DNA of 64,000 nt from Octopus sinensis (GCF_006345805.1 NC_043003.1:81716001-81780000), one strand, 5' to 3'. Positions 44,750 through 59,229 are shown, counted from the first letter of the stretch. The notes: a model not told the origin generated them from the sequence alone. Numbers and translations are program-made.

Positions 44750-47612
44750 ATATACGTGTAGGTGTGTTTCAGTTTATGTGCGAGTATGCTTGAAATTACT
44801 TGCAGTTTTACACATATCAACAATATCCCATGAGCCTTCCCAATTAAAACTAGTAGCATTTGCAGTAGATATGCTACCAGTGGTGGCTGCTGCTGCAGTT
44901 ATTGTTGCTGTCATTGTTGCCGTTGTTGTTGATGATGTTAGCATTAAAAGTGCAAAATTACTCACAAAATTATGAATTCTGACGATATCTATTTAACAAG
45001 AAATTAATTAATATAAGCTCCAATGATTAAGCAAATATAAAAACCGACACATAAATGTCATTGTATAGAAAGCATATTACTCTGTAATTACGTACGCAAT
45101 AACTCAAATATTTCTATGACACATTTTAATCAATGAACAATTAGCTTCTAGATACACTATTCCACAGTTTTGTATTCAGCACTTCGAATTAAATGGAGGG
45201 TGGTTAATCTTGTGATTATTTCAAGCAACAGCTAACAGCCTTGTATGCCTAAAGAATCACAAAATAGTAAATAGAAATTTCGAAGTAAAGATATAGAATA
45301 TTTGGTATATTGACGACAACTGAACAGTAGAACATTCTTTCATGCCTACGTTTTGTGTCTGATTGCCTAACAAGCAACTACAAAGGAAAACAGGTCTGTG
45401 TAAAGATTTATTTATAGTTCATCATTCACTCGTCAAAAATTTAGTTGTTGATAGCTTTTTGTTAGTTTGTTTTTCAAATGTGATAATGGAAATTGAAGGA
45501 GAAACTTCATTTGTTTTCTTTCACTAACGTAAGATGTGCACACGTCCTACTGACAACTGCAAACAGTTGCATTGGAAGGGAATAACAATGTATTGTCGGC
45601 GAATTTTAATGAAGCGAGAGAAAGCTAGCTATAGAGGTCTAATTGGTGATGGAATTGCGTTTGCACAAAGTAACGAGGTGATATACAATGAATAGTAGTA
45701 CAATCATGTGTAAAAATAATAACGTTGTTTTTAATACTTTAGCTATATTTTTGTTTTCGTTCTTTTTCTGATGTCTCTTAACAAGTGTAGTTCTAAGATT
45801 ATGATCACGAGACAGTAAAATTACTTTGCTACATGTTGAAAGGTAATATATTCAACATATCTATCGTTTGATTATGACACTGTTTAAACTACACTGTAGG
45901 TTATAAAATAAATAGAAAAAAACTAGCTATAGTTGTATTCGCTTTTTGATTTAGTAAGGTAGTAACATGAAAAATATTTGACTCATGCGAAATAAGGGCA
46001 TTTAGGTTCACTTTCTATTTTGATATGTCTGTTGATGTTTATCGATGATTCTCAATTATGATGTTGGTTGCAAACAGCGTCCTTTATTTCGCTGAACAAT
46101 GTAAGTTATCTGGTTTACTTCATACCATGGAAAATAATTACGCGTGTATTTATTTGCGAAAGATATCCATCAAAAAATAGTTTCATTTTGAAAGCTCGAT
46201 TTGACGTCTTCGCGTAACTCTAAAGCAAGTCCTGTACAAGCGCATGTATTATAGATATACACATACTGATACAAGCACACATACACGCTCAACACACATG
46301 CATGTATGCATATATATGAGTATAATGTATGTCAATGCATGTGTTGCATTTAACCACAATGCTACACAAAGCTGATGTGTGCTGTTTTTATTCTAAGAAA
46401 AGGTTGAAAATTCGATATTCTATGGGTATTTGTGTCTAATTGTCACTTCAATTACCAACAAGCCACATCAAGACACGCCCATATTTGTACATCCAATCAG
46501 GTAAATATCAGTAGAATACTTTCTGAGTGCTAATTGTGGGTGTGATGTAATATGAGAATTTTCTTTGAATATGCTAAAAAAGGTATATTAAGCATTGTTA
46601 TAATTATTTTGTATCTAATGTATTTTAATAGATGACTATCTAAGCTATGTGTAAGCATCTATTTGTGTATTTAACATATTAATTATTTATTCGATAGTTT
46701 GTATGCAATAGTCAAATGGTAGTATAGTGACATTTCTGGGGAAAAGTGATTTTTATTTTGAAAAGAAATCTCAAACATTCCAGTTTATTAGGTAAATTTA
46801 TAAGCTTCAGCAAATTCTGTTTTGAAAATGAAATTTTATTCTCTGTTGATAATAAATCATTCGATCGTCATAGAGCACCAACTTAAAACGTACGAGAAGG
46901 GAATGGAATAAATTTGCTGATATTAACATTTGCAAAACTTCGAAAGTATATATAGAAGTGTCAGCTTCACTAGAAAACTATTTTATCAAAGATAAGTGAA
47001 AGGAAATGAGAAAAGATATATATATTCTGAAATGAAATAAATAGTAGACTTAGAAAGAATTCAAGTAAAAGGATCTATTGAGTAAATAAAAATAAAGAAA
47101 GTGGTAAAATAAGAGGAAATTACTCAAATTGGAAATCTAAACCTGACGGAAATTAAGTAATTATTACTTCCAAATCCTATTCCATGTAGTCATATAATGA
47201 GATATGGACTGATATTAAGTATGAGAAAAATAAGAGTTAAGTAGGAACGTGACAAACTTAATGCTAAAAGAAACCCTTTACTTTATGAGATTATGAAATA
47301 GATTTCGATTATGTACATGAAATTGAAAATCAAAAAATCAAATACTCTACGAAACCAACGTAAAACAATGGCAAGATGATATTTCTCGAAACGACTAGAA
47401 GCACTGGTCTTTGTGAAAACAAACCGAATAGTGTCTACAGAAAATATCTATAAATCCTTCTCTTTATTCCTCTCTTTCTCTCTCTCACACACATTCTCTC
47501 TCTATCTGTATTATATATGCGTGTATATACACATACACACACATATATAAGCATGTGTGTATATATACATATATATATGCATACATACATATACATATAA
47601 ACACACACACAC

Positions 47613-47652
<40 letters not shown>

Positions 47653-47949
47653 CAGTACTTTCTCAAAATTTCATTCACACTACAAGACCCTTTGAAAGAA
47701 CAGCACATTGAATTAATGTCTTCACACTATCCATCTGCAATAACAAAATATGATCTCATATTGGAATTTACATGCCATGGACAAGAAGTCTTCCTATCCA
47801 TTCCACACACCACTTTCCTTGGATAATAGAACTGTGACTGTAAAATCCAACATATATTTATTTATTGTCTTATTTCTCTTTTTCTCCAATTCCAAAATAG
47901 CTTCTTATATTGAACTCTACTATTTCACTCTGTTTAACTCTCTCATATT

Positions 47950-47997
47950 GTCTCTGATGAAGGGGTATCCCACATATCTCTGAAACAGTTGTAAGAC
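47950..47997 (+). ncRNA. Type I minimal hammerhead ribozyme, intact core
   Basis: GTCT-CTGATGA-AGGGGTA/TATCTCT-GAAAC-AGTT-GTA-AGAC. Predicted cleavage after 47993. Lies in a ~370-bp segment between (TA)n and (CA)n. Confidence 0.8.
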
Positions 47998-48844
47998 TAA
48001 CTTTCTCTTTATAAATGTCACACACACACACGAACATACACCCACGCGCACACATACACACACACAAACACACACACACCCACATACACACATACACATA
48101 CACACATATATATATATACAGTGGTGTATATGATTGTGTATAAAAAATATATTGCTCAATGAACTTCCAACTTTGATTTTCACGGTTTAGTTACAATTGT
48201 ATAATCATATGATATAATATAATGAAATGTGGAATATTAAATGTCCATTCTGATTGGACTAGTACTTTCATGCATTTAACTATGCAATCTTCAGATTCAT
48301 GTAGTAGTGGTAACAGTTTTGTTTTACAATTTACAACTGTAGTGAGATGGCTAATCTGTATACCTTAAATACATTTGTATAGGCTCCAGAATGCCAATTT
48401 TTGCAAACTATATTCTGACCAATCCATGTGGGGCTTTACTAAATTACTCAAGTTGATTAGTGTTTGGTTTAGGCGTCATGGTTTGTTGAACATGTCAACA
48501 GATTTGTATTTTGACCCTGGCCAAAGCAGTAATTATTTGGCTATTTTTAGGAATGTTGTGAACATTTCCCAGGGATTTTTACATTTCCATTATCATCATC
48601 ACCATTATCATCTCCTTTATTATAGTTGTCGTTGTTGTTGTGCTAGGAGTAGCTGTGGTAATAGAGCTTTAAAATCAAAATAAGATTATTTTTACTGATT
48701 TTTCTCTTGACTTAGCTAGTATTTTCCTGCTATCATCATGAGCACCTTTAGTATTGTTGTTGTTGTTAGTGGTAGTGGTAGTAGTATTAGTAGAAATAGT
48801 ACCCCTAATTAAAAAAAAACAACTTAGCAATTAAGATCAATCAT

Positions 48845-49243
48845 TCGCTGTATCTAAATTTAATGATAGCCGATGTGGCACATACCAATTCATATATACC
48901 GGCCGATATATGAACACAAAAAATCGGAAAAATATTCACAAACGCAAATATGAACTGCAAAAGCCGAAATTTAATTTACTGCATCGAATGCACGAATTGT
49001 GGAGAACTGTACGTGGGTCAGACTACAAATGCACTATCAGAATGTTCAAGTATGCACCGACAGCAAATTAGAGACCCAGATGCCCGTCAGGTACCTTTGA
49101 GTAACCATCTAGCAACACGTGGTCGGAAAATATTTAGATTTCCATTCTATAAACTACACAGTCGAAGTGAAATCGAGACCAAAATCAAAGAAAAGAACTT
49201 TATTAATATATTCATACCCAAGCTAAATAAACAATATATATAA
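48845..49243 (+). mobile_element. Penelope-like element GIY-YIG endonuclease remnant (Neptune/Poseidon-type)
   Basis: NCKSRNLIYCIECTNCGELYVGQT..HRQQIR..PLSNH..KEKNFINIFIPKLN, preceded by a DSRCGT Cys-linker remnant. Confidence 0.85.
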
Positions 49244-49379
49244 ATGGATGTGTGTATTGTCCCCTTGTTTACAATTAACACGGAAAAATAAATCAACAAA
49301 ATAAAAAAGGACGTAACACCCCGTTTGTAAAAGTAGAAACCCCGAGTTGATGTGAAATATTTTGTATAATATTTACAAA

Positions 49380-49984
49380 TAAATAAATGGAGTTAAACGC
49401 AGGTGTTATTCAAATTCTTTTACTTCCGACATATGTTTCGTAGACAATATTGGTATTATTCTAAAATGAATAAAATGGTGTAGAACAATGTAATCTTCTC
49501 ATCAGAGAAAGAAAGTAACCAAAACTCACCAATAAGACATTTTAACAGAATATGATGAATGTGTATAATGATGAACAGAACGCTATCAAGTATCTTTAAA
49601 AAACCATTAGTAGATATAACGTCAAAGGTAACCTGTAGAAAGAGAAGGAGTAAAAGATAGGAATAAGCAAAAAAAAAACAAATACAGAGAACTTTAGAGC
49701 GATATGTGAATTAAAATAAAAGCTTAAAGGCATGGGAATAGATATATCTAGTGGAAGTGAAATATAAGACGAAAATCAATATTAAAATTATATAGAATCG
49801 TAGATATAACTTATATGAACTAAAGGTACATTTCTGCCAATGTTTACATCGATAAGCACGCTCTATAAACGTGTTTACAAGGGGATTCTTAGAAAATGGA
49901 ATATAAACGAACTCACTATCACAGAGTTGGCAGACTTCTTTGCCTTTATCGTATGGGAATGAAATGGAGAACATCAACCAATTT

Positions 49985-49988
<4 letters not shown>
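49380..49988 (-). mobile_element. PLE copy C: endonuclease C-terminus plus short pLTR with HHR
   Basis: In-frame W..SFPYDKGKEVCQLCDSE..PLVN..E..CKHWQK at 49805-49988 (within ORF 49711-50055), followed downstream by the HHR at 49423-49511. Truncated at (TA)n. Confidence 0.75.
49423..49511 (-). ncRNA. Type I hammerhead with extended stem II, intact core
   Basis: Minus strand: CTTTCT-CTGATGA-GAAG..TTGTTCTA/TAGAATAA..CTAC-GAAAC-ATAT-GTC-GGAAG. Confidence 0.7.
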
Positions 49989-50019
<31 letters not shown>

Positions 50020-50025
<6 letters not shown>

Positions 50026-51903
50026 TCGGGGTGAGTACTTGATAATTATAAGCACCTGTGTATACCGTTTGGTGGTGTAGGTGGTGGAGTAAATTGATCA
50101 AAATAAAAACATGATGCGAAGGATTCAGCGGTACATATGTTTCGGGCCTTTATTAGACAGATTTATAACAATGCATAATGTATGTCTGTGGCCTTCTTCA
50201 GCCGCGCACACAGCTTCCACAAGGACATGTGTTACATCAAAAATTCTTGGTTGGGGATGCAAATCCTCTCATTCGCGTACGACATAATGCGGCAGCAGCA
50301 TAGAATTGAAGCGTCCATCTCTTTCTTCTCTCAATGTAGAATGAGGAAAATTGGATGTTGAAGTAATGTATATAAATAAATACATATATAGACGTGAAGA
50401 TGGAGGGGCGAGAATTCAGGACGAGGGATAAAAAATGTATAAAAAGTGTAAGTATAGAAAAATATAAAAATGTAGAGCATAAAGATATAAAGAGGTATAA
50501 GGAGATGTAAAGGGGGTATAAAGAATATAAAGAAATATAAAGAAATATAAATAAATGTAAAGGCATAAGGTTATAAAGTAAAAATAGAAATAGAAATAAA
50601 AGTAAAAAAACATGATAAAAATGTAAAAAAATGTAAAGATAAGGGATGTATAGAGGTTACGGACCAAGCATGGTGGTCAGGAGATTGATAAAATTTAGTT
50701 GTAGAATTGTCAGTAAATCAACAGTTTCGTCTGGGGACCTAATGTGTTGTAAATCAGAGCTGTTGAGCCTTTAATCTGGTTCCTTGAATTAATTGGACTT
50801 CTAGTACATACATATCATCATGGATACATACACCCATATACACGCGTACATATACGCCTCCAAGCCCATAAGCATACACACGCACTCGCGTGTAAACATG
50901 TACATAAACACACACACACCCACACGCACGCGCGTACACATACATACGTACAACAGAATATCCGCATGTATACACGGACACTATACGTGTACACACTCAC
51001 ATGTACATACGCGCGCCCACCCCTACATACACACACGCATATGCCCACGCTTCCAGGTCTAGATATAAGATATTAGAGGATGTATATAAGAACGTATGTA
51101 AAAAATCACGCACTCATGTCTATACGTGCACGCACACACGGCTGTGTGTCCCTATGTGCGTGCACATATACACTTACATACACACACAGAGACACACGCG
51201 CATATGGGTATAGCTATAAGATATTAAAATATGTATGTACATATATGCGTGTGTATATGTATGTATGCGTATACATACGTACACGGACGCTCGTATAGTC
51301 AAAAAGTGGATCCATAGGTAAGTAAATAAACATATATAGAGGTGTAAAGCGATAAGTTAGGGGTAAGAATGAGGGTAAGGGTAAAAATTAGAAATAAAAG
51401 TAAGAAATACAGTATAAAATAAGAAATACAATGTAATAGTTAGAAATGAAATATAAAAATTATAAAAATTATAAGAGTTAAGGTAAGGGATGAAAATAAG
51501 AATGAGAATAAATGGAAGTAGAATAAAAGTAAAAATAAAAGTAAAAATAAAAATAAAATAAAATAAGATAAAAATATAATTTGGTAAAGTTTAACATGAG
51601 ATGAAGGTGGTTGAAAGTTAGAGGTGTGTGTTAAAAGTGCCCACGTAGGGGCGGGTGGGGGGAACTGAAAATTGGAAGGGTGGGAAGTGGAGTTTGGCGG
51701 TGTGCGTTCAACATCCGAGTTTGAAATGTGAAAGGGTATAGATATAGGGAAGTAAAGAGACTATATAGGAAGGATATGGGTGTAGGAGAAGAAATATTTA
51801 GGGAAAAGAAGTCATATATGGGAGACAAAATTTGTATATATAGGAGGAAAATGCAGGGAAACATATATGCACATACACACACCCACACACACACACACAC
51901 ACG

Positions 51904-51953
<50 letters not shown>

Positions 51954-52347
51954 TATACGTACACATATGTGCACATACATATACATACACACACATACGC
52001 ATATACACGCACATATAGGAAAGCGGGATGTGCTGGAACCGACAGGTTGCACCGGGTGGGAGGAAATTGCATGGGGGAGTTGGTATAAAACCTAAGCTTT
52101 GTAGTATTTGAAAGTATTAATAAGTTTGTGTATACAGGATGGTTTGAACTCTGACCTTTTGTTAATAAGATTGTGTTTGTCTTTGAATTTCAAGATGTTA
52201 GGAGTTCTACACAACATAGTTGGCATCCTGCTCTATTATTTAAATAAGGTGCAGCTGATCCGATGATGGACCATCTGAGTTTGAAGCCTATGCATTTGTC
52301 TTTTAATTCCCAAATTCTTTTAGAAAGGGAGGTGCTGTTAGCCTCCC
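50020..52347 (-). mobile_element. PLE copy B: endonuclease C-terminus plus ~2-kb microsatellite-rich pLTR with HHR
   Basis: 52347-52092 encodes NSTSLSKRIWELKD..RWSIIGSAAPY..NLINKRSEFKPSCIHK..* (two stops mid-way). A C-rich tract, CA/TA blocks, T-rich tracts and the HHR follow. Bounded by (TA)n on both sides. Confidence 0.8.
50128..50205 (-). ncRNA. Type I hammerhead ribozyme, intact core
   Basis: Minus strand: GCGG-CTGAAGA-AGGCC..GGCCC-GAAAC-ATAT-GTA-CCGC. Perfect stem I, with an inner ACAGA/TCTGT helix in stem II. Confidence 0.85.
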
Positions 52348-52360
52348 TTATATATATATA

Positions 52361-52427
<67 letters not shown>

Positions 52428-53893
52428 ATTATATATATTTCTGTGTATGTGTGTGTGTGTGTAATTCAAATTGTATATGATTAGAGGATAGTGCAATGCG
52501 TTTATAAATATATGGCCGCAGTCCAATGATTCGATGGTACCAAGTGAAATTGCCGTCAGATCTTTCTATAACAGTTAATGTAAGTGCATGGCCTCTTATT
52601 AATAAATCAGTTTACATGGCTCTATCGGTTTTGGCCAACAGCTCATCACCAAAACCAAAATATGACGTTATTTTCTCTTGCAGACTAAATTTAATATATT
52701 TTGATTTTTACTGGCTATTTTTGTTTTATTAATATGAGTAGTTTCTTACGAGAAAGTATGTAAAAGTAAACTGTATAGCCGTATATTAAAAGATTATAGT
52801 TAGCCAATAAAAGCTGACTGAAAAATATTGGATACTTTCTAAAAAGTACTTGTGAACTTATAAATGTTAGATCAAATGATTTCAGAGACCCTGACCTAGA
52901 ATAATTTACATAACTCTGCAGAGATATGAAAATCATTATTATTTTTCTACATTTCTTCAGAAAACCACCTTGATATCTCACGAGTACTGTAAACGTATTG
53001 ACTTTAACCCTGCATGTTACTCAACTCTCTTAGGAAAATATTGCCACAGTTCTTAAAATTTAGACTATAGTACGATATGCTCTTTCCTGGTAATCATTTA
53101 ATGCACGTAGAATTATAAAAGGTAAAATCGATTTTGCAGTGATTTTTTTACCTAAATCATACTTACACATCCACCTTAGTAAAGAAACAATAAACTCATA
53201 AATATATACATTGTAGAAAGCACCCAATTGCTTGATCCCTTGCCAGATCAGTTGACTTTCAGCAGTTTACTCTACAATTTGAGCACTACATTAAGTCAAA
53301 GATAACCCGTCTAAGATCTCCCTATACACATACGAGGCAGCTCTTGCAGTCCATATTTTGCATATTATTGAAATCTCAAATGATACAGTTAAATAATCTT
53401 GTGTCCCATCAATGTTCCTCAGAACTTTAAGTTCACAGAATTGCCATGCTTATGGTTAGTTTAAAAGAATATGCTAGAAAAAGGTTATTCTCGTTTATCA
53501 CGGAAGAATCCTTACCCTTGATATTACGAAATATTCTTACCCTTAGTATCACAAAACTATTCTTATTCTTTCATTCTAGATTCTCTAAAAAGCTACTGAA
53601 AATATATTCTTAACTTAGTAAATTAAAATCTATTCTCCCCCCCCTCCAAAAAAAAAACGCGTTAAATAGTATTCTGTCTTTGATGTATAATTCTATTAAT
53701 ATGTCAATATATAATTTTACTGTAATACTAGTTTACAGGTTTCTCATAGAAATACAAGTGAATATTATTGATATAAGTTATAAAGTGATATGTGAGTAGC
53801 AGTGGGTGAATCAGCATATTCAAGCTTCAAATATATTGTCTTAAAAAGCCGTTATTTGTCTAAAAATCACTTGCTGTTATGAATAAATTATAT

Positions 53894-54256
53894 TCACTTA
53901 ATTAAAATTTTGACTGCATCGAAATGTTGGAACAATAATGAATTTAATGATTTTTTCCCATCGAAATGAAGTAAAACAAGGATATACATAGACAATATGA
54001 TTGTACTTATATACATTATGTGTGTTGAGTGAGTCTGTTGTTCATCAATATTATAGTTGCTTTTGGGAGAGTACACATCGTTGCAAATAATATCTATTTT
54101 ATCCATCTTATAGAAGTGTTTATTTCCTGCAACCAAAACGTGCCTATCGATATGTAATGCATACACGAGAAGATTTATTTGTATCTGGCAGCGTCTATGT
54201 ATATATACTTGAAAGATTGTTCGTAAGAAAAGCCTTTTATGCACAGATTTTTGCAT
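53894..54256 (-). mobile_element. piggyBac-like transposase remnant
   Basis: LLVYALH..FYKMDKID..DVYSPKSNYNIDEQ resembles the piggyBac LHF.D..K..Y.P...TIDE first-catalytic-Asp region. Confidence 0.45.
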
Positions 54257-54398
54257 GTCACGTTACAAATATGTAAATTCATATACATATATATGTGTGT
54301 GCGTGCGTGTGTCTGTGTGTGTGTGTGTATGTAGATATATATGTAATTATATATATATCTGTGTTTGTGGGTGTATGTTGTATGTATCTATGTATGTG

Positions 54399-54441
<43 letters not shown>

Positions 54442-54445
<4 letters not shown>

Positions 54446-55100
54446 ATTATAGAAGGAGCTTCTACAGGACTAGAACTGTTTCATTCAAGAGAAATCTTCA
54501 GGAAGCTAGTTAACAAGAATTGTATTGGCATTTATACATTTAGGCAGGTTTAAAGGGGTGTTGGTGGGGGACTTTTTGGGGGTAGGCATAGCGCAAAATA
54601 TCATACTTGGGGGAGTGGTCAAGGAGTCAGTTTCATAGATTAAGATAATAAAAAAATAAAAAATATATAAAAAATATATAAAAATATATATAAAAAAAGG
54701 GAATAGAGTTTTAGGTAAATAAGGAGATTCTCACTTATACCTATGCACATATGTATAACATATAATACAAAACATATATATACATATACATACACACATA
54801 CGTACACACACACATATATACATATATATACACTTACACATACAATACATATCTACACATACACATATATATGTATACATACACACACTCACATGCATAC
54901 ACGTTACACACATGTATATATCACACACGACCGACACACATACATACACACAGAAAAATATATATACACATCACACCACATACTCACATACACGCATACA
55001 CACACATATCCACACACACATATGCACACACAGCACACTAGTCCCTATATACACATATATACACATACACACACATATACACACACATACATATACATAC

Positions 55101-55145
<45 letters not shown>

Positions 55146-55868
55146 GGTACCTATGCATACCTACACATACACACATATATATACACATACAAATACAGAC
55201 CCATTCCCTAATTTTAATTTTATTATCTCATTTATTACTTTGTTATCTTTGATCGCTGGTCACAAACATCTGGGCTATGACAGCCAGTCCATTTATCTGT
55301 CTACTGGAAAACAAGCACTCATTTACTCACGCACACTCTTTAGCACGTACACTCACTCATTCGCACACTCATACACATACACGCGCGCACGCGTTATATT
55401 AATACATACATACATCTACATACATTCACGTATATACACATACGTACGCTTACCTACAGATTCATGTCTACACTCTTAGAAGGCTAGTCTATACATATAC
55501 ACCAAAAAATATAAATACACACACATACATATACACCTACATACAAATACATACATGTATACATATATATACATATACATACATATCCACATATATATAC
55601 ATATATATATATATATATACATATACATACATAACACATATATATATATATATATATATATACACCACACATACACATACATACATATACAACATACACA
55701 ACATACGTATACATACATACATACATACATCCATACATCCATACATACATACATTTATACACATACACACACCCCCACACGTATACATATACGTACATAT
55801 ATAACGCGCATGCATACACATACAAATACATAACATACGCATATACATATAATACATACACATACATA

Positions 55869-55907
<39 letters not shown>

Positions 55908-56291
55908 CTATATATATACATACAAAACATACATATACATACATACATATACAAATATACGCACACACATACATACATACTCATATACACATACACGCAC
56001 ATACACGGTACATGCGTACCCATACACACACAACACACACACGCGCATCCATATATACACATAAGTACACACATGCGTAAAAGTATACATATATCTATGC
56101 TTACACATACACACACACCACCACGTGCCTCCTTATATTCATACTTATATGCATACTCAAAAAATAAGTAAATAGTAAAATATATATACGCGCAGTTATT
56201 CATACATGCATACTCAAAAAATAAATAATAAATATTAAGTATATGTACGTGCAGTTACCTATTATATAGACGGATACATACATATAAACTT

Positions 56292-56345
<54 letters not shown>

Positions 56346-56617
56346 TATATATACATATATACACACATATATATACATATACATATATACATATATATAT
56401 ACACACACCATATACACATATATATATATATATACATACTTACACACACATGTACACAATACACAACACACATAGATAACTCTACGTACCTACATATACA
56501 TAAACACACGAGCGTACACGTATATGTACATAACACATACACATACACACGCATATATATACATACATACATACACATACACACATATATACACACACAC
56601 ACATACATATATTATAT

Positions 56618-56662
<45 letters not shown>

Positions 56663-57128
56663 CACACACATATACATGTGTGCAAACATACATACATACT
56701 CATACACGCACACACACTTACATATACATATATACACACACTTACACAAATATATACATACACATATACTACATACATATATGCATACATACACACCACA
56801 TATATATATATACATACATACACATACACATACTATACATATATATACACACATATATACACATGCACATACTTATATCTACATACTCGCATATACATAT
56901 ATATAATATATATATATATACACACACATACATGCACATACACATAACTCTACATACCTACATATACATCGACATACTCGCGTACACTCATATATATACA
57001 CATATATACATATACACACACACATACATATACATATACATATATATATATATATAAGTATATACATAATACACATATACACACACATACATATATATAT
57101 TATATATATATTATATATATGTATACAC

Positions 57129-57180
<52 letters not shown>

Positions 57181-57488
57181 TATATACTATATAATACATA
57201 ACACACATACACACATACATACATGTACATATACATATATATACACACATATACACACACATACATATATCAACAATTGAGGGTAAAGTTATTAGTTATT
57301 AATCAATTTCACCAAGTATTCAGTATGTAAAAGGACCATTATTTTTGAGTAAATAATGTCTGAGGGAAAATATTCTCTAAGTAGTGGAAGAGGCTAAAAA
57401 ACTTTTTGGCTGCTATTTCTAGAAAGTTCAGTGTGTGGCAAAGTAATTTATTTTACTAAGCCCTAATTATATAATATTTTATACATAC
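54442..57488 (-). repeat. Left arm of a ~3-kb inverted repeat (inverted pLTR of PLE copy A)
   Basis: Unique islands at 54451-54740, 55190-55490, 56115-56275 and 57268-57488 are reverse complements of 61595-61893, 60850-61145, 60145-60230 and 58889-59110. Confidence 0.93.
54457..54507 (-). ncRNA. Type I hammerhead ribozyme, intact core
   Basis: Minus strand: AGCTTC-CTGAAGA-TTTC(TCTT)GAAT-GAAAC-AG(TTCTAGTC)CT-GTA-GAAGCT. 6-bp stem I. Confidence 0.8.
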
Positions 57489-58550
57489 GGCCTTTTCGCC
57501 CTCCACAAAATAAACCCCAGGACTACGGATGGGTTCCGGAAAAATCTTACACCTTCTTTAAAAAAACTTAGGCCTTAGGATTACCTTAGAACCCAACTTA
57601 ACAAAAGCTAACTTCCTGATGTCACCCTCGACTTAAAAACCTCACTTTATTACCCGTACACAAACCAAATGAATCCCTTAGATATAGTTCCAACCACCCC
57701 AAAAATATTTAGATAACCTAGTAAAAAGTGTCTCAATTAGAATTTCTAGCCTGTCCGCCACGGAAGATATCTTAAAGCCGCAGCCCCCTATTACAACGAG
57801 GCCCTGGCCCGCAGTGGCTTTAAAGATAAGATTACCTATACTAGTATAGCCCCACGCCAACCCAGGAAAATAGACGAAGACACATTAGCTGGTACAACCC
57901 CCCCCCTTCAACCGTGAGTCGCTACACCTGTAGCTAAAATCTTCTTCACTCTCCTACAGAAACACTTCCCCACCCAACATAAGTACTACACTATCCTAAA
58001 TAAGAACACTATTAGACTCTCCTACTCTACCACGCCCATCTAGCCAGGAACCTAGCCAACAACAATGTGAAAAAACTTAATATCTACTTTTTCCTAGGCC
58101 CATCCAACGTCCGATAGCAATTGCAACTGCCCTGATAAAACCACTGCCCCCTCAACAACAACTGCCTACAGAGGGACCTAGTATATACATGCGAGGTAAG
58201 ATCAGGCCCTGACGATAAAAGAAAATCCTACATCGGAATGACGTCAAACAGCTTTAAGACCCGTTGGTACGCACACACACACTCGTTCCGGCGACAGGAT
58301 AAATCCAACCAAACTACCCTCGCCGCCCACATCTGTACCTTAAAAGGAACTCCATCCCCTTCAAGACCAAGTGGAAACTACTACAGAAGGCGCGCTCGTA
58401 CACAGGAGGCCATACCTGCTGTGACCTCTGCATATCGGGGAGCCTAGAGATCTTGTTCGCCAAAGGCCCTCTCCTTAACAAAATCTCAGAACACTCCCCA
58501 AATTGCATGCATAAGAAGTATGCGAACTACAAGAACTATAGACCTACCCG
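57489..58550 (+). pseudogene. PLE copy A: 5'-truncated RT C-terminus, Cys linker and GIY-YIG endonuclease (frameshifted)
   Basis: Joining frames gives GL..FLDVTLDL..KPN..SNHP..YNEALARSGF..RHISWYNPPF..KHFP..NKNTIRLSYS..CNCPDKxHCPLNNNCL..LVY..SYIGMT..FKTRW..KWKLLQKARSYTGG..CDLC..LLNKISE..CMHKK. Confidence 0.9.
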
Positions 58551-58755
58551 GCAACCAGATTGATGACACCCCCCACCAACCCCCCCCCCCCAATCCCACC
58601 GTTCCCCTAGACACCCCGATTACCTTTTCTCCTAAGACCTTTCAAATATTGTATGTGCACGCTTTTATATGTGTATCGTATATATGTATAGAAATGTATG
58701 GGTATAGTAGGAATATACGCATGTATTATGTGTGTGTGTGTGGTATGTATGTAAA

Positions 58756-58786
<31 letters not shown>

Positions 58787-58888
58787 GCGTGTGTGTGTGT
58801 GTGTGTATAATGTATATATGTATATATGTATATGTGTATATATGTGTTGTATGCATATGTATGTGTATATGTATGTGTGTATGTATGT

Positions 58889-59186
58889 GTATGTAAAAAA
58901 TATTATATAATTAGGGCTTAGTAAAATAAATTACTTTGCCACACACTGAACTTCCTAGAAATAGCAGCCCAAAAAAGTTTTTAGCCTCTTCCACTACTTA
59001 GAGAATATTTTCCCTCAGACATTATTTACTCAAAAAATAATGGTCCTTTTACATACTGAATACTTGGTGAAATTGATAATAATAACTAATTAACTTTACC
59101 CTCAATTGGTGATATATGTATGTGTGTGTATATGTGTGTATGTATATGTATATGTACATGTATGTATGTGTGTATGTATGTATATG

Positions 59187-59229
<43 letters not shown>

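Noticed and set aside
50715-50765. Minus-strand GAAAC within the copy B tail
   Set aside because: The upstream core reads CTGATTT and no NUH/stem I is present.
53500-53580. ~27-bp repeated unit (TTACCCTT..) as a possible CRISPR or telomere-like array
   Set aside because: Only 2-3 degenerate adjacent units, no spacers, eukaryotic context.
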